Assembly: GCA_963695855.1 (NCBI GenBank)
Contig: CAVOHZ010000010.1
Span: forward strand, 1,536,001 to 1,600,000
DNA: 64,000 bases
Direction of reading: 5' to 3'
Source: an uncultured Nitrososphaerales archaeon
GTDB lineage: Archaea; Thermoproteota; Nitrososphaeria; Nitrososphaerales; Nitrososphaeraceae
The translations under genes and the position numbers were made by a program. Positions 1 through 9,601 of this stretch are shown one piece after another. Under the pieces are notes generated by a model. It saw nothing but the letters and a program-made list of their open reading frames with translations. It had not been told where the DNA came from and ran no database searches. Within the stretch, counting starts at the first letter, position 1. The number at the start of each line of letters is the position of its first letter.

Positions 1-857
1 TTTGGAGCGATTGAATCTATCTCGTCAACAAACATTATGGAGGGAGCCTTTTCTTTTGCTTCTTTGAATATTTCCCTAAGACGGGCTTCAGACTCTCCAT
101 AAAACTTGCTCATGATTTCTGGACCAGAAATGCTTATGAAATGAGAATTACTTTCATTGGCAACTGCTTTGGCAAGCAGAGTTTTACCTGTTCCAGGTGG
201 TCCATGTAAAAGAACACCTTTTGGAGCCTCTATTCCCAATTTCTCAAATATTTCTGGATGTCTTAATGGGAGTTCAATCATTTCTCGTACTTTTTGTATC
301 TCTTCTCGTAATCCACCTATATCTTCATATGTAACTTGTGGCACTCCACGTAGAGTCTCGCCTTTTTCTGCTATGTGGAATATGGTTTTCTGCGTTACAA
401 GTACAGCATCTGCATTGGCAGGTGTAACACCAATAACTTGAAATGTTAGACGTCCTCCAAAGTATGGAACCATGACGTTATCTCCCTTGATAATTGGGAC
501 ACTTTCCAGTGCATCTGCAAGATAACGTTCATCTATTGGAGGAATGGCTTCAAGAGGAGAAAGTAAAATTTTTTCTGCATTTATAGCATTAATTTTTCTA
601 ATAAAAACTGTATCACCTATCGCAATTCCAGAATTATTTCTTACAAGACCATCAATTCTGATGATACCTTTTCCTTCATCTGAAGGATAAAGTGGTAGAC
701 ATTTTGCAGTGGTTCTTCGCTTTCCTCTGATTTCTACAACATCACCAGTAGAAACAGCTAAAGAATCCATAGTGTCATAATCAATTCGAGCAATTCCGCG
801 ACCTACATCACGTGTGTATGCCTCTAGTACTTTAAGAGAAAGAGTATTCTTACTCAA
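1..857 (-). CDS. cdc48: CDC48/VCP-family AAA+ ATPase, N-terminal part (runs off window start)
   Basis: Manual translation from TTG at 857: [21 protein letters not shown]... later [17 protein letters not shown], Walker [28 protein letters not shown], Walker [11 protein letters not shown]. Confidence 0.95.
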   Translation of the reverse strand, partial: MSKNTLSLKVLEAYTRDVGRGIARIDYDTMDSLAVSTGDVVEIRGKRRTTAKCLPLYPSDEGKGIIRIDGLVRNNSGIAIGDTVFIRKINAINAEKILLSPLEAIPPIDERYLADALESVPIIKGDNVMVPYFGGRLTFQVIGVTPANADAVLVTQKTIFHIAEKGETLRGVPQVTYEDIGGLREEIQKVREMIELPLRHPEIFEKLGIEAPKGVLLHGPPGTGKTLLAKAVANESNSHFISISGPEIMSKFYGESEARLREIFKEAKEKAPSIMFVDEIDSIAP

Positions 858-1087
858 TACACTTAAATTTTATCAATTAAAATCACATAATAATCTTTGG
901 TTGGTTTCATAATAATATATATAAAATAGAAATTCATAAGAATATTTTTTATTTAATATAATATAATATAAAAAATTTAATGTTACTTACTCGATGTAGA
1001 CATTATCAACATATTATTTATCCTTTTAATTTTATTAAAACACAAAAGTTAAAATCACCTAAATAGATCGATTCTTTTAGATTAACT

Positions 1088-1819
1088 TTGGGAAAACGAC
1101 CACTAGTACGTAGAAGAGGACGAGGAGGCAAACAATTTAGAGCAATTAAGGTAGGAAAGATTGCTGCAGCTAAATATCCAAATTTTAAATTAGATGAAAA
1201 ACACTCTGGTACTGTAGTTGATATAGTTCACGAAAGAGGAAGAGACGCTCCCTTAGCTAAGGTAAAATTTGATAAGGATATAATGTCTTTTATTCCAGCA
1301 GCTGAAGGTACAGCTGTGGGTAGTATTATACAAACTGGAGATGGTACTCCTGCAACTTCAAGAAATATTTTATCGTTAGAATCTATCCCAGATGGAACCA
1401 TAATTTGCAATATAGAAAGGAATGCAGGGGATGGAGGAAAATTAATTAAGGCTGCTGGTTCTTCGGCCGTTGTATTTTCACATTCTACTGAAGGTGTGAC
1501 AATAAAATTACCTTCAGGAAAATTCATGACGATTAATCAAAAGTGTCGTGCTATGATAGGAAATATAGCTGGTGCAGGAAGAACGGATAAGCCTTTCCTA
1601 AAAGCTGGAAACAAAGCAAAATACATGAAGGCACGTGGTAAATTATATCCAAAAGTCAGGGGAATTGCTCAAGCAGCAGTTTATCATCCTCATGGAGGTG
1701 GAAGACATCAACATATTGGTCGTCAATCCTCTGTCAGCAGAAATACACCACCAGGTAGAAAAGTGGGAATCATAGCTCCAAGGAAAACAGGGCGTGGCCG
1801 ATTAAAGGACCGTAAATGA
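1088..1819 (+). CDS. rpl2: 50S ribosomal protein uL2
   Basis: MGKRPLVRRRGRG start, HPHGGGRHQH and PPGRKVG motifs. Confidence 0.97.
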   Translation: MGKRPLVRRRGRGGKQFRAIKVGKIAAAKYPNFKLDEKHSGTVVDIVHERGRDAPLAKVKFDKDIMSFIPAAEGTAVGSIIQTGDGTPATSRNILSLESIPDGTIICNIERNAGDGGKLIKAAGSSAVVFSHSTEGVTIKLPSGKFMTINQKCRAMIGNIAGAGRTDKPFLKAGNKAKYMKARGKLYPKVRGIAQAAVYHPHGGGRHQHIGRQSSVSRNTPPGRKVGIIAPRKTGRGRLKDRK

Positions 1820-2115
1820 CCATTCTTTTCTTAATGGAAAATAATTTTTGGCTCATGATTTTTTACAAACAAACTTTTAGTAATTATTTTTGCAATATCA
1901 AATCTATTTTTCGTAGTTTAAAATTAAAAAAATTTAAAATGTAGATTATAACACTTTAAAGCTTGTCATACATATAAGAATGATCTTTAGTTGAATTTAT
2001 ACATTAGACCTTTTAACTAAATTTTATTTTTCCATAAATTTGAGATAGTTAAATGCATAGCTTTACAAATGAATTCGATCTTTAATTAAATTCAATTGGC
2101 AAAAAAAAATATAAT

Positions 2116-3057
2116 TTAAGAAGCTTTCATTAACATACACAACAATGCTTTTTGCACATGTATCCGATTTTCAGCTTCATCCCAAACAACAGATGATTTT
2201 CCATCTATTATTTCCGAGCTGACCTCTTGACCTCTTTTTGCAGGTAAACAATGCATAAAAATAACATCATTTTTTGCATACCTTAAAAGCTCTGAATTTA
2301 CTTGATATTTTGGAAGAAAAATTTGTTCTCTTTGGATTTTTTCATCATCCTTTCCAAGTGAAACAAAAGTGTCTGTTACAACAATATCAGCATCTTTCAC
2401 AGCATTAATTGGATCATTTACGACCGAAATTTGAGATCCGGTTTTTTTTCCTTCTTCTTTTGAAAGTCTTACTATCCAATTTAATGGTTCGTATCCTTTT
2501 GGACAGGCTGCCGTCATATTTATACCGGTTTTGGCACAACCTATAAGAAGATCGTTACAAATATTGAAACCATCTCCTATCCACGCAAGACTTAAGTCTT
2601 TTAATCTAGTTTTATGTTCTCTTATAGTTAAAAGATCTGCAAGTATTTGGCAAGGGTGAAAAAGATCTGACAGACCGTTTATAACTGGAATGGTTGAAAA
2701 AATTGATAATTTTTCAATATCACTGTGATCATATACTCGTGCCATAATGCAATCCAAATACAAGGACAAAGTTTTTGCAGTATCTTCTATAGTTTCTCCT
2801 TTTGCCAACTGTATATCATTTGAACCCAAAAATATTGCATGACCACCAAGTTGTAGCATACCTGTCTCAAAACTCACTCTTGTACGAGTAGAAGGTTTTT
2901 GAAAAATCATTCCCAATATTTTTCCTTTTAGTAATGGTCTTGATTTCCTTGATCTAAATTCTTTTTTAAGATCTGCTGCAAGATCTAATAGTATACTGAT
3001 CTCGTTTAAATCTAGGTCCTGTAAACTTAGTATATTTTTATTCCTTAAGTATTTCAT
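2116..3057 (-). CDS. argF: ornithine carbamoyltransferase
   Basis: PSTRTR, HPCQ, FMHCLP and AENR motifs. Confidence 0.96.
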   Translation of the reverse strand: MKYLRNKNILSLQDLDLNEISILLDLAADLKKEFRSRKSRPLLKGKILGMIFQKPSTRTRVSFETGMLQLGGHAIFLGSNDIQLAKGETIEDTAKTLSLYLDCIMARVYDHSDIEKLSIFSTIPVINGLSDLFHPCQILADLLTIREHKTRLKDLSLAWIGDGFNICNDLLIGCAKTGINMTAACPKGYEPLNWIVRLSKEEGKKTGSQISVVNDPINAVKDADIVVTDTFVSLGKDDEKIQREQIFLPKYQVNSELLRYAKNDVIFMHCLPAKRGQEVSSEIIDGKSSVVWDEAENRIHVQKALLCMLMKAS

Positions 3058-4600
3058 CTAAATCATCATCTGTAAGGTATACCACATCATTTTCTGTGTT
3101 TTCGTTTTTCTTATCATTTTTTTTATCTTTGTCATCCTTACCAAAATCATCATTTTTTCTTAAGATGGATTTGACTTCAGTTGTTTCGTTGTTACGTTGT
3201 ACTTTAGGAATTTCAGAACTTGCAGACTTACGTTTTCCAAATATAGATAAAAAACTTTTCTTTTTATTCTTCTTTTCTTCAAGCTGATCAGTTTTTTTAT
3301 CATATTCATTTATAGTTTTGGAAAATTCTTTTTCAGATATTTCGCCTAACTTCTTGTCACACGACTCATTCTTAACAGAATCAGAAATTTTATAGATATT
3401 ATTTTCTTGTTCTGTTTTTTTACCAGTTATTTCCTCATTGTTTTGAATTTGATGGTTGTGTGTTTGTTGTTCGGTAACAAATCCTTCAGATCTAGATGTA
3501 TATGAAGATTTATCAATAGATAAATCATTTTTTGAATTAGAACTATATATAATATTATTTTTAACAATTTCTTCTGAAAAAATCTTCTTGTCTAAAGTTT
3601 TTGTTGGTTTTTGATCCGATAACTCTTTTCTTATATCATGATCACTAGAATTTGTATTTATAGTAGTTTTTTTGGTTTCTGCAGAAAGTGTGGAACTAAA
3701 TAATGATTCGATAAATTGATCAAGATCGAAAGGAACTATATCATCATAATTCTGACCTATACCCAGATACATAATAGGTTTAGATGTTAAATATGAAATT
3801 GAGATTATTGAACCTCCTTTTGAATCTGCATCAGTCTTTGTTAATATAGCTCCATCAAATTTTGTATAAGAATAGAATTCTGTTGCTTGAAAAATAGCGT
3901 CATTTCCTGCGAGGGAATCACCTATAAATATTTTTAAATCTGGCTTGACAACTTGCACAATTTTACTAATCTCATCCATAAGATTCTTTGCGGTTTGCAT
4001 TCGCCCTGCTGTATCTATCAATATTGCATCAACCCTATGTTTTTTTCCATATTCAACTGCATCCCTTGCAACAGCTGAAGGATCTGCACCATAGCGTTGA
4101 TGTATCATTTTTAATGATAGTCTTTTGGCATGTTCATGTAATTGTTCTATTGCTCCCGCTCTATGAGTATCACTAGCAGCTAAAACAACAGAAATATCGT
4201 TTTTGCGAAGAAGATTCGCAATTTTTGCAACTGTAGTTGTTTTTCCTGTTCCATTAATGCCTAAAAATACTACAATATAAGGACCTTCTTGTCTTTCTTT
4301 TTTTGTTTTAATAATCTTTACTAGATCGACACTTCCTGATTTGGAAAGAATGTCATAAATAGATCTCTTAAGATTTAACTCAATGATTTCTTCTGCAGTT
4401 TGACCTTTTTCTAAAGTCAATCCTAATAATTTCGCTTTAAGGCTATTAGAAATATCAGCGATGACTTCCTGAGCAACGTCACTTTCTAATAATGCAATTT
4501 CTAGGTCAAATAAAGTATTTTCAAGATCCTTTTTTGTTATTTCTTTTTTACCTATATCCGAAATAGCATTGGAAAATGCTTTTTTTAATTTATCAAACAT
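3038..4600 (-). CDS. ftsY: SRP receptor FtsY with long low-complexity C-terminal extension
   Basis: GINGTGKTTT, DTHRAGA, DTAGR, TKTD motifs; about 210 extra K/N/E/S-rich residues after the NG domain. Confidence 0.95.
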   Translation of the reverse strand: MFDKLKKAFSNAISDIGKKEITKKDLENTLFDLEIALLESDVAQEVIADISNSLKAKLLGLTLEKGQTAEEIIELNLKRSIYDILSKSGSVDLVKIIKTKKERQEGPYIVVFLGINGTGKTTTVAKIANLLRKNDISVVLAASDTHRAGAIEQLHEHAKRLSLKMIHQRYGADPSAVARDAVEYGKKHRVDAILIDTAGRMQTAKNLMDEISKIVQVVKPDLKIFIGDSLAGNDAIFQATEFYSYTKFDGAILTKTDADSKGGSIISISYLTSKPIMYLGIGQNYDDIVPFDLDQFIESLFSSTLSAETKKTTINTNSSDHDIRKELSDQKPTKTLDKKIFSEEIVKNNIIYSSNSKNDLSIDKSSYTSRSEGFVTEQQTHNHQIQNNEEITGKKTEQENNIYKISDSVKNESCDKKLGEISEKEFSKTINEYDKKTDQLEEKKNKKKSFLSIFGKRKSASSEIPKVQRNNETTEVKSILRKNDDFGKDDKDKKNDKKNENTENDVVYLTDDDLDEILKE

Positions 4601-4651
4601 TTTGAATCAGTTTACTCAAATTACTATATTTTTTTAGGTATTTACTTTTAT

Positions 4652-5098
4652 TTAGGACGATGTTTGATGTAATATGGAGTTTACCTGAATTTGAATTTGT
4701 TCAAGTTGTGTAGTTATCTGTCTTTTTTGATTTGTTAATTGATTTATTGCTATCTCGAATTCTTTCATTCTAGATTCTATATAATTTAATGTATCTGCTC
4801 GTGTTTTTTCTAAAGTAACTCCTGCACCAACATTGACTAGTAAGGTGTCTAGAGAGTGAACATTGGCTTTTATAAAGACACCAATTCCAATTGGCACCAA
4901 GGTTTCATTTTCTTGTCCGGCTGGAATATTTTGAAGAGCATAAGATGCAAGACGAGCTTCTTCAATTAATTTTGTAACCGTAACTTCCCTTCCAATTATC
5001 TCATTAAGATATAGTTCCAAAGTCCTAGAATGTTGAGCTAGTTCGTTTATACGCTGTTCAATAGCTATTCTTTGGGAGTTGGGGTCTTCGCTCATCAT
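4652..5098 (-). CDS. pfdA: prefoldin subunit alpha (start moved to ATG at 5098/5095)
   Basis: Coiled coils flanking ETLVPIGIGVF and LLVNVGAGVTLEK hairpins; usual position upstream of ftsY. Confidence 0.9.
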   Translation of the reverse strand: MMSEDPNSQRIAIEQRINELAQHSRTLELYLNEIIGREVTVTKLIEEARLASYALQNIPAGQENETLVPIGIGVFIKANVHSLDTLLVNVGAGVTLEKTRADTLNYIESRMKEFEIAINQLTNQKRQITTQLEQIQIQVNSILHQTSS

Positions 5099-5188
5099 TA
5101 TTAAACTATTTTGAATCCACTTATAACTGTGACGAAAATATATAAAAGAGAAATAATATACAATTATTTTCAAAATACTAACAAATAA

Positions 5189-6220
5189 TCATACTTTTGA
5201 GACTTTCATCATATCTATTATTTTGACTTTCATTCCATAACGATCCTCGTTATTTTTCATATGATTATAAATACGTAGCAGATCGTAAGAATTCTTTACG
5301 AGATTAAAAGTTCCTCTTATCTTCATCATAATAAATTTGAAAACCAGAGAATAAATACTGAAATATTTCAAAACTTTTTTACGATATGATTCGAAATCGT
5401 TGTAGTTTTCTATAAAGAGATCTGCACATATTGTAGATGGTATTATCCCTTCTCCAAGCAATGGATATACGGTTCCTATTGATTCTCCAACTCCAATTGT
5501 CTTTATACCATCATTGAAGGGTTCTGAGTTTGAAGGAGGACTTATTCTAACTGGTCTCCCATTTTTCTTAATAATATGACATTTGTATTGTTTGAGAAAT
5601 TGTTCCAAAAAGAGGTTATGGTTTTTCCTAGTAAAATCTCCTGCTCCTATATGAGCATAGCCATTTCCTAAAGGAAAATACCAGAAATAACCTGACATTG
5701 AAGGAAAGCATTTAAGATAAAAATCATCAAATGGGAGATTGTTATTTTCATACTTGACTTTATATTGAACACAGGGGATCCACATCTCATAATCTAACCT
5801 TGGAAGATAATTTCTGTGAAAACCAGTCGAATCAATTATCAGATCGAATTCAGATTCTAATACTTCTTTTTTTGGAGCTTTACCGAAATGGATTTCACTT
5901 CCTTTTACCATATCTTGTATAAGTTTTAATTTATCGTAACTGATCATTCCTCTTAAACCTATATCAACATGAGTGTCTTCATTCAGGTCTACCCTCATAT
6001 TTTTTCCATCATGTAGGATATAATCATCAAAATTAAGACCACATTTTTTTGCATAATTTACCATGACATTTTTACATGTAGCCCATGCACAAACTGCATC
6101 ATGTTCTTCTTCTTTCATTCGTTCAAATCCAGTAATTTGAATGTCATGTATATCATTAAATTGATTCATTAGATAGGCTCCAGCAACTCCTATACCAATC
6201 ACAGCAATTTTCATTAACAT
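5189..6220 (-). CDS. FAD-dependent oxidoreductase, geranylgeranyl reductase family
   Basis: GIGVAG Rossmann motif, GYFWYFP, VGESIGTVYPLLGEGI. Confidence 0.8.
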   Translation of the reverse strand: MLMKIAVIGIGVAGAYLMNQFNDIHDIQITGFERMKEEEHDAVCAWATCKNVMVNYAKKCGLNFDDYILHDGKNMRVDLNEDTHVDIGLRGMISYDKLKLIQDMVKGSEIHFGKAPKKEVLESEFDLIIDSTGFHRNYLPRLDYEMWIPCVQYKVKYENNNLPFDDFYLKCFPSMSGYFWYFPLGNGYAHIGAGDFTRKNHNLFLEQFLKQYKCHIIKKNGRPVRISPPSNSEPFNDGIKTIGVGESIGTVYPLLGEGIIPSTICADLFIENYNDFESYRKKVLKYFSIYSLVFKFIMMKIRGTFNLVKNSYDLLRIYNHMKNNEDRYGMKVKIIDMMKVSKV

Positions 6221-6297
6221 AAAATCTAGAATAAATCAAAAATAAAAATATATTGAGAGAAATCGATATTCTAGCACTATTGAAAAATAAAATTGAG

Positions 6298-6486
6298 ATG
6301 TCTGGTTCTGCAAGAGCCGGAATTGGAATCTTAGTGATGGGTGCATTACTTCTTGGGATAGGGTATTATCAAGAGAGAGGAGCTCTTTCTCTATATGGAT
6401 TAATAATGACCATAAGTGGATTTAGTCTATATATGATATCATCCATATACACATCAATAAAAAATAAAAGATATGGATCTAAATAG
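6298..6486 (+). CDS. small two-helix membrane protein
   Basis: Two hydrophobic segments; ATG at 6298 preferred over TTG at 6253. Confidence 0.6.
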   Translation: MSGSARAGIGILVMGALLLGIGYYQERGALSLYGLIMTISGFSLYMISSIYTSIKNKRYGSK

Positions 6487-6489
6487 ATT

Positions 6490-9400
6490 TCAGTCCAAAT
6501 AGATCGCGGGTTTGTACGGTCTTGAAAATTTCGATCGTTGTTTTGGATCAAATCTTTGAGGATCGTTCTCTGAATAAACAATGATCTTGACAGGATTGTT
6601 TTTTGTTATTTCTGTAGATATTAACTCCTTACCATACTCAATAATAAAAGATTCATCTAATACCTTTATTTGTAATCTATTACTTCGCGACTCTGCAGAT
6701 GCTGATAGAATATCTTCAATCATCTTCTTTACTAAAGAAGGATCATGTTTAGCTTCAGAAGTTTCAGGATTATTAATAAGATTTTGCATGATATTTCCAA
6801 AATTTGTTTGGTTTTCTACTGTTATAGACGCTAGAATTTGATTGTATATTATTTGTTTTTTAATTGAAGAACAATAAATATAAACTGTACTTGGGATCTT
6901 TTTGGTTATCTTGATTATTTTGTTAATATCATCTATCAGATTCTTGATAAATTCTTCTGATTCTTCCACAAGAGGATCAATTTTTTCTTTGTAAACTATT
7001 GGCCACTTTGATAAATTAATAGATTTCTTATTACCAAATTTTTCCCAAATTTCCTCTGAAATAAAAGGAGCAAATGGAGAAAGCATCTTTATTCTTAAAG
7101 ATATAGAAAGTAAAAAAATAATATTGACATAATGGTTTTCCTTTCTTCCTTTTGAAAGTGACCATTTTTTATACCATTGAATATCCTGATCAAAAACATA
7201 TAACAAATGATGTAATGCTTCTCTCACTCTTAAAGCTTCCATAGATTCAGTAACATTATGAATGAACCTCTGTAACTTATTTATCATCCATTTATCTTCT
7301 AATTCAAGAAAATTTTCTTTTTCTTCAAGATAAGAATATAACAAATCTTCAAATTCATCGTTCCTGATAGATGATTGAAATTCCTGTAATTTCTGAATAA
7401 ATGTTTTATCTACAGAGCTTTTGTAGGACGAATCAAGAGCTTGATTATATAGGTCATATAGCTTAGACCTAATGGATTTCGCTATTTCAAATGAGAAATC
7501 GGCGTCTTGAAGAAGTTCAGCAGAAATAAGGATACATAATCTTATTGTGTCTGCTCCGTAGTTTTGGATGACTGTTCTAATTGGAATTATATTTCCTAGC
7601 GACTTGGACATTTTTTTACCTTCCATAAGTACAGAACCATTTATGACCATTTGTTTTGGCCAATATTTCTTCTCAAATATAGCTACATGATTAAAAATAA
7701 AAAAAGATAGGTGATTAGGTACTAAATCACGTCCCGAATGTCTACAATCAACGGGATAAAAATAGATAAATTCTTTTCGTAGTTTTTCTAGTAACGATTT
7801 ATCAATTTTACATCGTCTTTCAATATCATTGATATCTCCTTCACCAAATAAAATAAAATCAAAGAATGATTCATCTATTTCATCAATATATTGATTTATT
7901 GAATGGCTTTCACTATTAACAAACTTCGATATAGTATAATATGCCATATAGACTACCGAATCAGAGAGGCTTTCTATTATCCATTCGCGATCCCAAGGAA
8001 GTTTAGTACCTAATCCTGATTTTCTTGCACATGCTCGCTCTTTTAGCCAATCAACGACGTTATGAAATTCCTGTCTTAGTTCTTCAGGAATTATACTCAT
8101 AGAATCAATATAATTGTGAACTTTATTCTTCCATTCTGTATCTCCATAATTAATGAACCATTGGTCATTCAGTAGTTTTACAACACATTCACTCCCGCAT
8201 CTGCATGTGATAGGTTGATTTACAAATTCATAAAATATTTCTGCTTGGTTTTTAGCAAAAAGTAATATCTTTATTTTTTCCTTGGCATCTTTGACATCCA
8301 TTCCTGAATATATACCTGTATTAGGTAACATTATACCTTTATAATATTCAATACTATACAAATCGTTTGTTGCTTTTTCTAGAGCAGGATCCATTTGATT
8401 ATTTATACCATATTTTGAGATCACTGTTTCAACTGAAACTGTAGGAGATGATATCGAACTTTTGTTCTCGTATTCTGATCGATTTTTATTATTATCTTCA
8501 GTATGTACAGTCTTGAGTTCTATAATTTTGATTGGCTGTATTTCATTCAAGTTTAGCTCGTTTTTGTAGATATGTGGATCTTTCTTCAGATCTTTTATTG
8601 CTTGATAGTCAAATGGAGCATGACTAGGTACAGACATAACTATACCAGTACCGGTATCAGGTAAAACGAAATTTGCAGGAAAGATCTGGATATTCTTTTC
8701 ACAGATAGGACTAATGACATTTTTACCGATCAGATTTTTTCCACTTACAACATTTAAAATTTTAATATTATGATTAAGAAATTCTAACTTTTTTCTGGCT
8801 TCTCTGGTTACAATCCATCTTTCTTGGTCAATTTCTATCTCGATATAATCAATATCTGGATTTATCCATAAATTAGTAACCCCAAAAATTGTTTCTGGTC
8901 TTAATGTTACAACTGGAAGAAAAATTTCGCTATTCGATAATCTGAACTTTATCAAAATGTATTCATTAAATTCAGGTTCTACATCACCAACTGTATCATG
9001 TTGGCTGACGGGGTTATTATCTTTAGGACACCACCCTACAGGATGTGATCCTTGGACGATCAATCCTTTTTTTTGTAATATTTTAAATTGCCAGGTAATA
9101 AACTTGAAATATAACTTATCAATAGTTGTGAATTCCCTTCTCCAATCTATGGAATATCCCATATCTTGCATTCCTAGCTTAATTTCATTATGAAAATACC
9201 TAGCTATTTTTTCAGGATCTGAAAAAGTTTTGATAATTTCCTCTGGAACATTATAAATATTTTTAAAAGTTTGAATTAGATCTTTATCACCAGATATCAC
9301 TCTTTTTGACATGGCCAAAATGGGGGTCCCAGTATAATGAAAAGCCATTGGAAACAACACGTTGTTTCCTTTCATTCTCATATAACGAGCATGTACATCC

Positions 9401-9594
9401 GCTAGTGTGTATGTTCTGCCATGTCCTATATGCTGAGGAGAATTTGGGTAAGGAAAAGCAACGGTAATGAAATATTTTTTTATTTTGTTGTCATCGGGAT
9501 CTGTGTCAAAAAGTTTTTGCTCATTCCATTTGGACTTCCATTTTGTTTCTATTTGATTCCATTCTAACTTTGATTCAGATTCATTAAAATTCAT
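6490..9594 (-). CDS. leuS: leucine--tRNA ligase (archaeal type)
   Basis: FPYPN-HIGH, TLRPET, KMSKS, C-terminal PYKPAIYL. Confidence 0.96.
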   Translation of the reverse strand: MNFNESESKLEWNQIETKWKSKWNEQKLFDTDPDDNKIKKYFITVAFPYPNSPQHIGHGRTYTLADVHARYMRMKGNNVLFPMAFHYTGTPILAMSKRVISGDKDLIQTFKNIYNVPEEIIKTFSDPEKIARYFHNEIKLGMQDMGYSIDWRREFTTIDKLYFKFITWQFKILQKKGLIVQGSHPVGWCPKDNNPVSQHDTVGDVEPEFNEYILIKFRLSNSEIFLPVVTLRPETIFGVTNLWINPDIDYIEIEIDQERWIVTREARKKLEFLNHNIKILNVVSGKNLIGKNVISPICEKNIQIFPANFVLPDTGTGIVMSVPSHAPFDYQAIKDLKKDPHIYKNELNLNEIQPIKIIELKTVHTEDNNKNRSEYENKSSISSPTVSVETVISKYGINNQMDPALEKATNDLYSIEYYKGIMLPNTGIYSGMDVKDAKEKIKILLFAKNQAEIFYEFVNQPITCRCGSECVVKLLNDQWFINYGDTEWKNKVHNYIDSMSIIPEELRQEFHNVVDWLKERACARKSGLGTKLPWDREWIIESLSDSVVYMAYYTISKFVNSESHSINQYIDEIDESFFDFILFGEGDINDIERRCKIDKSLLEKLRKEFIYFYPVDCRHSGRDLVPNHLSFFIFNHVAIFEKKYWPKQMVINGSVLMEGKKMSKSLGNIIPIRTVIQNYGADTIRLCILISAELLQDADFSFEIAKSIRSKLYDLYNQALDSSYKSSVDKTFIQKLQEFQSSIRNDEFEDLLYSYLEEKENFLELEDKWMINKLQRFIHNVTESMEALRVREALHHLLYVFDQDIQWYKKWSLSKGRKENHYVNIIFLLSISLRIKMLSPFAPFISEEIWEKFGNKKSINLSKWPIVYKEKIDPLVEESEEFIKNLIDDINKIIKITKKIPSTVYIYCSSIKKQIIYNQILASITVENQTNFGNIMQNLINNPETSEAKHDPSLVKKMIEDILSASAESRSNRLQIKVLDESFIIEYGKELISTEITKNNPVKIIVYSENDPQRFDPKQRSKFSRPYKPAIYLD

Positions 9595-9601
9595 ATTTTT
9601 C

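Noticed and set aside
157-441. 94-aa plus-strand ORF
   Set aside because: Antisense shadow of cdc48; the same applies to the other short ORFs nested in recognised genes
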